64,000 nucleotides of DNA from Lama glama (taxonomy: Eukaryota). The notes below the pieces were generated by a model that saw only the letters and a program-made list of their open reading frames with translations, had not been told where the DNA came from and made no database searches. Positions 1 through 12,918 of this stretch are shown in pieces (positions within the stretch are counted from its first letter, which is position 1; each line of letters opens with the position of its first letter). The position numbers were made by a program, and so were the translations under genes. The DNA is taken from the NCBI GenBank assembly GCA_028534125.1, contig CM052817.1, positions 90,026,001 through 90,090,000 on the forward strand, written 5' to 3'.

Positions 1-162
1 CATGCTCACCTATCCCAGCCTGACCCTTAATACATACAGAGAAGTGTTTTATATTTAGAAAAAAACGATTTCTTTCCTCAATAAACGTTTTCTATGCTAG
101 TGTCTCTGTAAGCACTCAAAACATTTAACTTAAAACATACAACAAATAAAATGACCCCTTTA

Positions 163-237
163 TCCTTTTTTTTTTAATTGAAGTATAGTTAATTTACAAT
201 GTTGTGTTAGTTTCTGGTGTACAGCATAGTGATTCAG
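163..237 (-). mobile_element. Very short 5'-truncated L1 3' end with target-site duplication
   Basis: Poly(T) followed by aattgaagtatagttaatttacaatgttgtgttagtttctggtgtacagcatagtgattcag. Flanked by identical aatgaccccttta at 150-162 and 238-250. Confidence 0.85.
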
Positions 238-2324
238 AATGACCCCTTTACTTCTAATTGTATAAATTTATCCTTCTATTAAAATAGTGAGTCAGAGGAG
301 CAAAGTTTATTGAGAATGAAAAGGTATTAGCTTCATATCTCAAAAATATGATCCCTATTATATTAATAACAAAGAAAAGACATGAAAAAAATTGATAAAA
401 TCTAGGTGATTATATAAAGAACTATATACATGCAAAAATTTGGAGAAGATTGCTATAAAATGTGGACAGTAGGATAAATTATCAAGGAGGAGTACCATAA
501 AATAAATAAATTGAAGAGATAAAATCTGAAAAAGCAAACAAGAATTAGGAGCAACTTGCAGAAGTCATAAAAGGAAATAGAAAACTATTACTTTAAAGTG
601 CCAGGGTAGGATGTGTTACTGCAATTTTAAAAGTCAGGAAGTATGTAAATTTTGGTAGCAATTTTTGCAATGCCATCTCCCCATAAAAACCTTTTAACAG
701 CTCCACAAGTTGTATAAGCTATCTTATCATAAAAATACAAATTAATGAGAAGTATATAGTATTTTCAGATCGAGTATACAGTACCTACCTGTTCAATTAT
801 GTTTTGGTTTAGATTATGTTAAAGGTCCTGTTATTTCTGGTATACAAAATGTATAAACTTGACTATGATTCCAGTTACACAGATGAAGAATGAAACCACA
901 ATTTGGGCAATAAAGTTTTTTTTTTTTCAATTGCAATGTGGAACTGTAGATATCCTTCAGTTATTTAAAAAAAAAAGTGACATTTCTAGTTTGTTTTAGA
1001 AACTAAACTGAGTGAGATGAGTCTTCAGTGGCCCAAATAGGCTAATTTATTAATTAAAATGCTATGTAACCACATAGAATTGTTTCTATCATTCACAATT
1101 AGAGGCATCCTAATGTATTAAAAAATGATTACAATCAGTATGGCATCTTATACTTTCATAATATATAAGGCAGCTTATAAATATAAGATAGCTTTGTTTG
1201 ATGAATTTGACCTGTAATTAAGGAAGTCAGTATGCTGGCTTTTTTAAAATTCCTACACTGTTTTTTTCTTTTTTAAAACAACACAAATCTTTAAAATTTT
1301 CATATGGTTTGACTTTAATTTTGTATAACAATATTTAGTGCCTACTCAGTGTTCAGTGTGTCTTTAATCTTTGATATTGTGATGATATGTTATCAAGATA
1401 CATTGAATTGAAATGGAGACATAAAAACTTCTCAGTAGTTTAGCAAATTATCTGAATTGGTTTGGAACCATTCTGTGAATTCATGCAGGGTTGCAATTTT
1501 GCTTAATCAGGCAATCCGTTTTTCACCCATACAACTAAATTTTAAATGGATTCACTATTTTTTGAATTTTTAATATGTCAGTAATTCAAACTCGGTCTTG
1601 AATATTTTCTGACATTAGTCAGTATCAAAAGGATGAAGCAGAGAAACTAAGCCAGTTTTCACAAATGACAATTCTTCAGTGACTCCAATAAGACGGTAAC
1701 TTTTTCCTTAATAGTTATCTACGGGTAAATGGTAAATTTGATATACGTTGTGACAGGAGAAGTAACAATTTAAATGATGAACAAAGTGATAAGTCCCATC
1801 TGCTAAATACCAAGAAAGATAGAAATGTTAAATAAATAATCATGTTAATAACGTGTAAGAATTTGAAAGCAGCCAATTCTCATCATCCTATAAACAAGCA
1901 TTTAAAAGGAAGACTTGTTAACCAACAGATTCAGTGTCAAATTACATTTTTGGAAGATGAGTCCCTTCATGGATGGTTACCATTTAAGAACATTAAAAAG
2001 ACGCCAGTGGGGCCAAGGAGTTAAGAAATAATGCATGGAGAAAGGAATCTCCTTGATTTAAGTGGTTTTTGGTTGTTTCAGACTGAGGAGGGCCAGGGTA
2101 TCAAAGAGGAAATACAGATTTGATGAGAGGTCAGTTGTTCTGATGGCACTGGACAGTCCAGCTTTCACTGAGGTACTATTACCTGTGAAAGAAACAGGAG
2201 GGAAAAGTGAAGATATCACACTAGTAGCCCCTTAACCTGTGGGCATGGAAAGTATGAAGAGGTAGGGGAGGCTGGAGAAGCAAGGAGTTTGAGACTCAGA
2301 ATGCTTACTACATGGACAAGATAC

Positions 2325-4369
2325 ACAGGTCTTGGGTTTAATACAATATTGCATTTTATTTACTTCACATCATTCCAACATTGATTCCTAGCTTTGCTTC
2401 CTAATTACTGCTGGCACTTTAAATGAAGACAGAGTGAAGTTATGCAGATCTTTTTCTTAATGATAATATGTACTGAAAGGAAGTGAAGTTGAAAAGCAAA
2501 ATGTATTTAAATGTGGTTAGCCTTCATGTGTGTAATCTACGGAAAAAATAAATTGAAATTTCACTTGTAATTGCAATCACTTCTACAAAGGAAAATGTGC
2601 CTTTTGAAAAGACATAACACATCTATTTGATGTGGTACTCATTTGAGAATTAAACTATCTAAGTTTCAGCCATTTTAAGGTTATTTAACTTTCCCAGTAC
2701 TTCCGTCCCTACTAGTAAACCAAGGGAGATCACATTTTCACCTCTTGGAAACATTCTAAGGGTACACTTTTCTTCCTCTGACACAACTTAATGCAAAGTG
2801 TTCTGAGAAATCATTTTTTTTTTAAATTGGAAAAAATGTTCAAGCAGTTACCATCTGATTATTCTTTTTTCTTTACACTTCAAATGCATATAAGTTCTTT
2901 CATTTACTGGGAATGTTAGACTACTTTCATTCCCATTTCAGGTCTCAGATTCATTCCTTTTCCATTGTGGTTTTCTCTGTCTCTATCATTCAAATGCCAA
3001 CAGTGGATTACCCCTCAAAAAGGGTATGCTTCATGCCAAGTTATTGAAGGTATAGGTAGGAACAGGACTCTGATTTATGGACAGTTTTTAGCTTTACTTT
3101 AATTTTCCTTTTATTTTCACTGACAGCAAAATTTTCTGGAGAGTACAATCAAGATAGTGTATTCACAGAAATAACATTAATAGAAGCTTGGTCATAAATG
3201 AGAACAGTCATAACGATCTCCCTTACCAAGGCATTCCACACAGAGAGATAACAGCACAATAAATAAAGAATTTGCCGTTTGTCATACAACAAATAAAACA
3301 GAATTGCAGTAACAAAAATTCAATTTTATAAATGTTCTTATACTAAAAACAAAAGCAAAAATATGAGATCATGCACTAGAGACAAAAGCTAAAAGTGAAT
3401 AGTTATAGCAAAAAAAGGTTGCAAAAAATAAAAACATTCAAGTATTATGAGAGGAGAGAGGATGATTCAAATAGAACAGTTTCAGGGTTAATCAATTATA
3501 TTTACTACCCTAGGAGGGACACTGACCTAACTCTTTGTCCGTTAATACTTTATGCTGTTAAAATACACAGTTACCCATTTAAAGCACAGATTCCATTTCC
3601 TTGGGGCAGGTCTCATATTACAAGGATGGTATAAAATTCATTGTTTATAAATAGATGATAATACTTTAGGAAAAATGTTCTCAAGAACAGGCCACTGTGA
3701 TGCTCTGGAATAGTAGGAGCCTGGGATTTAGGAAACTGATTCTAGTTTTATTTTTTACATCATTGTCTTTGAACGATACTTCCCAGTCCTGAAATAAAAT
3801 TTCACCTCATGTTTCAATTTTGCCGTTAAGAGTTGAACTATCAGAACTAGCAGAGAGCAGTAAAAATAACAAAAACAACAACAATAAAAAAGTTAGAATT
3901 TTTATCAATACTTAATTTTTTTAAAAAAGGTAAAAAAAGACAGCTGGGTCACTTAATGGAACTAAGACTTGAATAATGCTTTAGTGGGGTTGTTCCTACA
4001 GCATAACAATTTCTTCCCCAACATAACTAATCTAAGCAGTGCCTTTATATTTTGTGGTTGAATATTATATCTGATTTGAACAGTGGCTAGTTTCTACATG
4101 ATTAGGAAAGACATGTTTGTCATGGGAGTAAAAAAATAAAATTTGTCTGTTAAATTACACATAAATATAAGGTACAAATGTATTTTTAAAATACAGATTA
4201 AAATAATCACACTTGCATTGTGTACATACGAAAATACAGTATTTAATATTCAATATACACAGACACATTTATGATAAATGCAACTATTTGGCAACGCCAG
4301 TTCTTTTCAGGGCTTCCGCTGTCCCCTGTTTCCACATACATACAAACAAACATGCCTTGCTGTAGTCTC
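2325..4369 (-). other. PCDH18: PCDH18 3' UTR (3' end approximate)
   Basis: AT-rich stretch with no obvious interspersed repeat downstream of the stop codon, ending at paired poly(A) signals. Confidence 0.65.
2337..2360 (-). terminator. Candidate distal polyadenylation signal of PCDH18
   Basis: Minus strand AATAAA (2360-2355) and ATTAAA (2342-2337), followed by a GU-rich tract (TGTGTATCTTGTCCATGT). Confidence 0.6.
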
Positions 4370-5037
4370 CTAGCTCTGGCGGACATCCTGAAGCAGTTTG
4401 TTAATCTCAGCCACTAGCTCACTGGCATCCATGAGTTCGTGTTTGCCGTCATTGAGGTGGTTGAGCACGTTGTCGAAATCATCTTCTTCGTAGTTTTCAG
4501 GGATCTCCTCCATGGCCGGCAGCCATTTTGCAGAGGGCTGCACACTGGAGTGAGTCCCCAGCGGGGGCCCCGAGTTGGTGGTGGGATTCTGGAAATGCGT
4601 GCTGGCCGCCCAGGCCGCCACCCCCTGCGGGTAACCCACAGCCTTGGTGGGCAGAGGCCCCTTCCTGCGTTCCAGAGAGTTGGACCGATCTGCCTCGCTG
4701 CACTCAGAGTAGGTGTCCAGGGAGGCGGGCAAGAGGCGCTGGAACACACTGCTCATTTCCGAGAGCAGAGAGGAGGTGCTGGTGTCCCCAGAGTCCTCAT
4801 CGCTTGGGGAGTCCTTCCCAAAAGTGGAAAAACTCTTCTTCTTCTCACCAGAATCTGCAGGCTGGGCGTCATCTTCAAGGCTCTGAGGCGGATTTTGCTG
4901 CTGGGGCTGGGATGGGAATTCTTCCCCCGGGATGAACATGTTACTCCTGTAATCAGAGGAAGGCGAGGGCAGCGGTGGCATCCAGCACTGGTCGGAGTGT
5001 CCCAGGACCCTGCATTCTTCCGTGCACAGCCTCATAG
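4370..5037 (-). CDS. PCDH18: PCDH18 coding exon 4 (CM2 motif CTEECRVLGHSDQCWMP, WIRS motif FSTFGK, C-terminus LLQDVRQS*)
   Basis: Acceptor CAG|CT ATG AGG completes the phase-1 Ala codon. TAG stop at 4372-4370. Exon sum 2487+89+164+668=3408 nt = 1135 aa, matching the length I recall for human PCDH18. Confidence 0.97.
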
Positions 5038-6224
5038 CTGCGCTCAAGGAACGCAATGAGGATTTGTCATTAGGTGTAGCGTGACTCAAGATAATAGAAA
5101 AATTACAATTTGATTTAAATAGAATAAGACCACTTTAAACTATGACCGTGATATTAACGGCTTATTTTACACACGAGATGGACTACAATTGTGGCTTTGA
5201 TTTGACTGCTGGTTTTATGAACCTGGTATATGTTTTATTCTTGTCTATCAAATATGAAAAGGAGGGTTATGACTCATGCACTTCTCAGGAATATCATCTG
5301 CTACTCAAGTAATGAGAAAATACATAGAAAACTTACACATGAGAAAGACTGCAAAGAGCAAAGGTGTGGGCGATGAAATATTTGCCAAACATAAACTCTA
5401 AACAGTTCCAGAGATGTAAGGTGAAATCTATAACTTTAGAATGCCACCAGGTAGGCCTTGAGTAATAATACCTTTGAATACCTGCTAGATATTGAGGTCT
5501 GTCTGACCTACTTTACTTTTAATGGAGGCATTGAGAATATAATAAACTATCAAGTAATTACACTTATCAATCTTTCTTAAAAATGTTCTGGTTTATTTAT
5601 TGACTTGCTACTTAAAATAGCAGTGCAAATTACCCTCAACTACTAGGCATGTGCAGTTACACTGTTAAGAGGTCTTTTAGAGGTTTGAGATTCAGAGAGT
5701 TGGAAAAGTCATCAAAGGATGAAGAATATGAAAAATCCATTGGTTAGTTCTTCCAGATGTTATGATGCCCTGTTGGAATGTGAGTGGCTACACTCAGAAC
5801 ACCATCAATGATATGAGAAAAGCAGAAAAATGAAGGGGGGGGATCTCTAAATTTGGCAAATATAATAACTAAACTACATAACAACCAAGAAATATGAAGA
5901 TGTAAAATATACTCCACAAAGCATCTATTTCTTTCAGTGACAGGTCTCTTCAACATCATGATTTCATTTGAGAGCAAATGACACAGTGCAGAAAATGCAA
6001 GGTAATTATCTCAGATTTGAATGATATCAGCCATACCTGTATATTCACAGCGAATTCCGTAGGTCTGGCTACTTAAGAAAGATTTCTCTTCCTCCCAAAC
6101 TACAGCTAAAAAGGATGACTCTTGAACAATGCCAAATTGTCTGTTGTGTTTATTGTTGTATCCCCAGCACTAGGTAAACTATGCAAAGTGTCTGCATAGA
6201 ATAGACATTTGCTACATATTTTCT

Positions 6225-6985
6225 AATTGTCAGGGAAATGCAAATCAAAAAGCACAATGAGAAATCAACCTCAAACATGTCAGGATGGCTGTAATAAAAA
6301 AACAAAAAGCCAAAAATAACAAATGAGGGGGATGTGGAGAACTTGGAACCCTTGTACACTGTTGTTGGGAATGTAAAATAGTGCAGCTTCTATGGAAAAC
6401 AATACGGAGGTTACTCAAAAAATTTAAAAAAGAACTGCCCATATGGTCCAGCAATCCCATCTCCAGGTATTTATCCCAAAGAATCTAAATCAGGATCTCA
6501 AAGAGGTATTAGCATTCCTCTGTTCACTATAGCACTATTCACAATGGTCAAGATGTGGAAATGTCCTAAATGTCCAGTGACTGTTGAATGGATAAAATAT
6601 AATATCTGCATCCAGTAGAATATTATTTGGCCTTAAAAAAGAAGGAAACTCTGCAATATGTAATAATGTGGGTGAACACTGAGGACATTAAACTTAGTGA
6701 AATAAGCTAGTCACAAAAGGACATAGTACATTACTCCACGTATACGAAGTATCTAAAAGGGTCAAATTCACAGAATCCAGGAGTGAAGTGATGGTTAACA
6801 GGGGCTTGGGGTAGGAGAGATGGGGAATTGCCAATCAACAGGCATAAATTTTCAGTTAAGCAAGATTGGTGAGTTTAAGGATCTCCTATACAACATGGTA
6901 CCTATAGTTAACAATACTGTATTGCACAAAGCTTTGTTAATAGGATAGATCTCATGTTAAATGTTCTTATACAATAAAATAAAAT
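6225..6985 (+). mobile_element. Old L1 (L1MA/L1MB-like) ORF2 end and 3' UTR in intron 3, antisense to PCDH18
   Basis: Typical L1 motifs gggaaatgcaaatcaaaa, ttggaacccttgtacactgttgttgggaatgtaaaatagtgcagc and ccagcaatccca. A-rich end. Confidence 0.9.
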
Positions 6986-8559
6986 TTTCATAAAGATTTA
7001 TGTACAAATAAAGTGAAGAATAAATGTTACCTTTCAGAAAAGGAGAAGTAAAGGACTTTGTTAAAAGGTGTGAAAGTCACTACTCTTCATCCTTTGAGAC
7101 TTCAAGATAATTCTGTTCCTATACCTCATGAATTCTGGACCTCAACTCTTAATAGAGAAGGGGACATTAAGAAACAGAAATGAGAACAACTGTGAGAGAA
7201 GATGTCTGATTGCTAGGAATGCTAGAAATATAAATTAGGGAAAATGTTGGACAGTGTGAATGCCAATCCCAAGGAAATACCTATGGAGTAAGGGAAAGAG
7301 CAATATTGAGAATCCTTATGTTATTTTGCTCTGAAGAAAGGTTAAATTTAAACAAGCAAGAAAAAAAAATATTTTAGATGTGCTGGCTTCATGTGTTATT
7401 ACTAGTTGGAAATATTTACCAACTATTGTTGTTCATCATTTAAATGTGGACAAAACCAAAGCAAAAGGTGGTGAAAGTAACTGGAATATCTTAATAGCTA
7501 TGAGATTTATCAGCAGTGAAATAACTATCAAAGTGGTAATGAATTTTTTTCCTAATTCCCTGGGTCTTTGAAAATGGAAAGGAAGCCTGTCTACACTGTC
7601 TTACTCACATCCTGTTAGAAGGAAGGGGAACAGACCTGTTTATACCTCTTCATTTGTTTTCTGGCCTTTAACTCTGTGGGAAGGACTTAATTGTTTGATT
7701 GGCTTCATTTTGTTTTAATGTTTAATGACACAGGAGAAAGGGAAAAATCACATAGGCTTCTAAGAATCCTGAGTATGATCAACCTTCTGGAGAACTGAGT
7801 ATAATGAAAACAGCAATACCATCTGGGTGATTAATATGACAGTTCATATTCAAAAATAAATGTGGTCAGAGGAAGTTTTAGAAAAGGAATGCTTTTTATA
7901 ACTTCATAACAAATAAGGCTTTTGTTATAAAATGATAAATTAACTTAAAATTATAAAATTCAAAAAATCTGGAAAATTGATGAATAAAGATACATGGAGA
8001 CAAGGATGGCCAAAATAATACAAGTGGGAGAGTGCTGGAACAGAAGAATTTCTCAATTTCATTAATGTTTTCAGCTTTTCCCCTGAGACGCAACTGTTGG
8101 AAAGCACTCTCAGCATACATGTAAGTTAGTGCCACAGATATTCCATACCACGTCCAATGAATCAGGACTTGTCGGCACGTGGTGCAGTGGGGAGCCTTCT
8201 TGTCACTCTTTGAAAGCTCCGTCAGGTGGCTGAATTTCTGCTGAGGAGGAAAAGTCTTGGGGAAGCAGACAACTCTTCCTTCCCACTGCATGACTGTCAA
8301 TTTCAGCCCTCTGCTAGATGTTCTAGGTAGGGCAGGAAGCAAGCATCAGTTGTAAGAACAAAGATGTATGCTTAACTTCTGTCAAGCCATTAATCACTGA
8401 GTCATCAATCAATTATTTATTAAGAGCCGGCCATATGTAAAGTGCTATGATAGCTCCCTACCCTCAGATGGTTTCAGGTATAATTCTGGGTCAAGCATAA
8501 CAAAGGTGGTCATAAATGCCCAGTTAACATGCCAAACTATATGAAGCTGAGGGCATGTC

Positions 8560-8927
8560 AAAAAAAAGAAAAAAGGCAAATACTCTATGGTATCACTCGT
8601 ATGTGGAATCTAAAAAAATACAACAAAAGAATGAATATAACCAAAAAAAGGCAGACTTAGAGATTAAGAGAACAAACTAGTGGTTACCAGTGGGGAGAGG
8701 GAAGTGGGGAGGGGCATGATAGGGGTAGGGGAGTAAGAAGCAAACTATTAGATATAAAATAAGCTATAAGGATGTGCTGTATAACACGGGGAATATAGCC
8801 AACATGTTATAATAACTATAAATGGAGTATAATTGTAAAAAAAATTGTGAATCACTCTATTGTACACCTGTGATATTATGTAATGCTGTATAGCAACTAT
8901 ACTTCAATAAAAATAAAATTAAAAAAA
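8560..8927 (+). mobile_element. L1 3' UTR fragment (laurasiatherian/artiodactyl type) in intron 3
   Basis: atcactcgtatgtggaatctaaaaaa...gagaacaaactagtggttaccagtggggagaggg...caactatacttcaataaaaa plus A-rich tail. Confidence 0.88.
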
Positions 8928-11254
8928 TAGAGTAGACGTGGAGGCTGAAGTAATTAAAGAGCAACTTAAACCAACTTTGTGAGATGAACAGGATTCAGAC
9001 AAAGTGATTTTTCAGGTAGAAAGAGGGCATGAGCAAAGGACTGGTGTATTAGGTAGAGAGGAGGCTCTGCCTATTGCAAAAAATTCAAAAGGAAAATTGA
9101 CAGTTAAACAGAGTGGATTCTGACCTTGGAATGCCAAGATAAATAGTTGAATCAAGTGTTGCTGGGCAACAAAAGTCAGTTCTTGCTTTTGAACCCTCAA
9201 AACATAAAGGAAAATATTCCGAAAAAGCTCAAGCTAAATGAAAGAAAGATTTGACAAAGGGAGAAGTGATCGGAGAGTGAGTATCGGTTTGTGGGCTGGT
9301 ACAGTACACCAGCCACGGACAAAGGGCCAGAAAGAGGACACTAGCCGTGAGAATGGAAAGGACATGGAGTTAAAGAGGAATGTTTGAATTAAGTGATCAC
9401 TGATGACAGAATGAGAAAAAATAGAATGAGCTTAATCAAGAAGGAGTACCACATGAACGTCCTGGCATAGCGAATACTTTGGGGAAAGGGAGATTTGGTG
9501 GCCATCTATGTAGTGTTGTAGTTCAAAGCTGAATTAGTAAGGAAGAAAGTATGTTGACAAACATGAGCCAACAGACAAAAATGCACAGTGACTTTACTGC
9601 TTAGAATGCAGGATCCTTCTGTGGGAATTAATAGAATGAATGACCAGAAATGACCCTGCTGGCCAGCAGAGCTACATAACATAATTTATATTTGATCACA
9701 GACTAATGCAGAAAAAACAGTTGGAATGAGACACTGAAGTCCTAAAAATATACATGCTTTAGAAAACGGTGCTGATATCTGTTAATGGCTTTCAGATGTG
9801 GATTTACATTTTTTTTTCTATTTGGAGTATTTTCTGGGAATATAAGTTCACAAAGCACAAGTTTTACCCCCTAATGTGCCAGTAGAGGCTGCCAGGATGA
9901 AGAATAAACCAGAATACGGTGATGTATCATCAGAGTAAGGGTCATAATTAAGGGATGGTTATCTATGTGTAGATAATGAGTTATGCACATTTCTATCTAT
10001 ACTAGCCAAACCTAAATAAAGCTTAAGATATTTTACAGATCATTGGTGATTTCCTGGTGCTCTGTGCCTCCAGAATAATTTCCACCACACCCCACGTAGA
10101 GGTAGGTGGCTGGTACGGCACGCGTGTATATACTGGAATACAGTGTATTGTAATACAATACCATGCCCTAGCGAAACAGCTCTCCCACTGAATACTCAGA
10201 TTAAGTATGATTGTGTAACTAAAGAATTGTTTTGTAAAGGATTGTCTATATATTAGGTGGTGTTATTAATGATAATTAAAGGTTGAGCCTGTAACTTTGA
10301 ACACAAATGTAACTTGGGAGGAGTCTAAAGTCACTAACTAAACAAGACCTACTATTATCTAGACTTTATCATTAGCTACCTATTGTTTCTCCAATGTCTT
10401 TATTCTTTAACATGTATTTTAATTTAATTATTTTAATTCAAGCATCAGATAACTCTCCTACCATGAACGTATCTAGTGGTGGTTAACTTTGAAAATATAG
10501 GATAGCGTGAAAGAGGAGTCTTGACCTTTAAAAAAAAAATTAGCCCATGATTAGCTATTGAGATATAGAATTTCAGAATTAAAAAGGACTTTAGGCATTA
10601 TTTAGGCCCAGAAACTGCAAAGTTATCTCAGTAGGGGCAGTTATTCTCCTTTTAACTATGCTGATAAATTAAAATGTCAATGAATCAACTTTCTACAATT
10701 TAAAAAATAACATATATAATGAAATATTGATATACCCATGATGTTACTTTTCTGTTTTATGAAATAATGTAATTTGGGAAATTGTATTATTCAAAATTAG
10801 GGATCAATATTCAAAATTAAAAGTTCTAAAAAAAAAAAGTTCTAGCAATATTATAGGATCATAGAAATTCAGCCACCTTTTTCATTTCATGGCTACGAAT
10901 AAAACTGGTTCTCTTTGAGCAAGTTATCTGAGGCATATATATTCTACTAGGTTTTCAAGGATTTCTCTTTCAATTGGTCTAGGGAGTCTATGAATTAAAA
11001 AAAAAAAAAAGACACCGTGGGTGACTGTATAAGTACTGGCTCTCTACACCAATTATGCCCTTAATTACACTAGAGGTTCTTCACGTACATTCATCCTGCC
11101 AGAAATGCAGTGTCTGTTACAGCAATAGCATAATCAAGTAAGCAGCACTTAATAGTTTCACAGACAGTAGTTAGACTTTAGAATGTAAGAACAAATACGT
11201 CACTCAACATATTTAAAAAAATAAAAACTGGTTACTTTGCTCTAGATAGATTAG

Positions 11255-11400
11255 TGTCTAGGAGTAGAGGGATTGGTTCAAAGCCCACCTCTACCACATA
11301 CAAATTGCTTGATTTTGGACATTTTAAAAAAATCTTTATAAGCTTTAGTTTTCAAATCTAAAAATAGAAAATAAGAACACTATTGTTATTACCACCACCA
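11255..11400 (+). mobile_element. MIR fragment
   Basis: Degenerate MIR core (ggttcaaagcccacctctaccac...ctttagttttcaaatctaaaaatagaaaataa). Confidence 0.5.
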
Positions 11401-12575
11401 CTAATTCCTATGTCAAAGTGTTGGGAGGGGCACTGCAAATACAGAGCTCCTCCTGGGCTCAGAGTAAGCCCTGGGGCATCGTTGGTAACTAACTACTCCT
11501 GCGACTGCTGGAACTAATCCTAATACTCCTGCCACCACTATGACTCAGTCTGTGAGAGCTAGAGTTTCTATTTACTGATTTCGACTGAATTTCTGTGGCT
11601 TTCTGAATCTCCCTCGCATCTATTTCCTAAACGCTCTTACTTGTCTGTATTTAGAAAACAGATGTTCAGTGGAACTCAGATAAGTAATATAGTTTTGCTC
11701 TGCCTTTCATTTATCATTTCATTTACTCGTTTATCAAGTGGCAGTCATCTGATCAATATTCAGTGGAATTTGGAAACATAAGTAGCCAAAGGAGCATTTA
11801 TATGTTCCTAAGGCTCAATTTACTATTACAGTCTTTAGTAACTGAGTTGTTAGGAGTAATGCAATCAGTATTTACCCAGCTGGATCAGAGAGTTTCTGCT
11901 GCAGGATTAGAGAGAAGGGACTCTAAGGAAAATGTGGCTCATAACTTAATAGGACTTCCTCCATCTAGCTGTGTCCTTGTAAGTTCCCTTCTTGGACTCC
12001 TGTTCCCCTTCATTACAGTGGAGACATAAAATGAAAGGTGGCAAAAAATATTCCATGCTTAACCACCTACAGAGATGTATTCTTTCTCCTATTTTTAGTG
12101 GTTAAAGTGTACCATTCCCTAGTGTATTTTAATCTCTGATTATGTGAGTTGGTTACCATCGCAGGAAATGTGTCCTCCAAATTATAGTCCAGTTCACCAC
12201 TAGGCACCAAAACAGGCTGTCTGAATAAAAACGGCCACCCAGTAATTTTATAGAGAGTTGCTCAAGAGTGTCGTACAGCAGTAGGGAATGGGGTAGAGAG
12301 AGGAGGGAAGTGGTGTGGTTTCCTATCCTCCTTTCCACACACCTTCCTTGTCCTCTTAAGCTCTCATGCTTACTCCCTTTCTCTACCAGCTGTTTACTAT
12401 GAATTTTAATGAAATCATTTAAAATTGTTTCAGTTTTTGTCCATCACTAAGAGTGTGCATATTACAGATGCTTTCGTGCAAAGGACAAAGAAGACATAAA
12501 AGCATAGGAGAAACTGCACATTTCACTGGTGTAGTTGATCTCAAAATAAAGATTTATCCATCACTACCCTCTTAC

Positions 12576-12739
12576 CTGCTGGAATTCTTCCATCTGTAAG
12601 AAACAGGTCGCTGAAGCCTTCGCCCAGCAGCCTATCTATTGGAGAATCTCGCCCCAAATCATAATCACTGTCCCCTGCTTCACTGTCACCACGGCCACTG
12701 TCTTTCAAGCTAAATTTGTCCATGTCTTGAAGGGCATAT
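12576..12739 (-). CDS. PCDH18: PCDH18 coding exon 3, containing delta-protocadherin motif CM1 ([15 protein letters not shown])
   Basis: Acceptor tctctttcTAG|A TAT GCC, donor GCA G|GTAAGA. 164 nt, after a 90-nt intron. Confidence 0.96.
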
Positions 12740-12829
12740 CTAGAAAGAGAAATCAGGCAAAGTATAGTTTTTACTCTTCAGGTTGTATGTTATTTGAGAC
12801 CTAATAGATAGCACAAGGGTCATTCATAC

Positions 12830-12918
12830 CTATAGCTCCTGGAATATTTGTTTCCTCGAAAACTTGGCCTTGGCTGATACTGTCCCTGGTGAAGCATTGA
12901 AAGAAGCTGGGAGACCTG
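12830..12918 (-). CDS. PCDH18: PCDH18 coding exon 2 ([30 protein letters not shown])
   Basis: Acceptor tttggtttcCAG|CAG GTC, donor AG|GTATGA. 89 nt and in frame with exons 1 and 3. Confidence 0.95.

Noticed and set aside
5043..5045. GAG five nucleotides upstream of the exon 4 acceptor as an alternative 3' splice site
   Set aside because: GAG is a poor acceptor and its use would frameshift. No supporting evidence in the sequence.
4439..5059. 206-aa + strand ORF and other overlapping ORFs over exon 4
   Set aside because: Antisense or alternate-frame shadows of a GC-rich coding exon, with no recognisable domain.
5038..5089. N-terminal extension MSHATPNDKSSLRSLSA of ORF 4370..5089
   Set aside because: Intronic sequence upstream of the CAG acceptor at 5040-5038, and the ORF start is not ATG.
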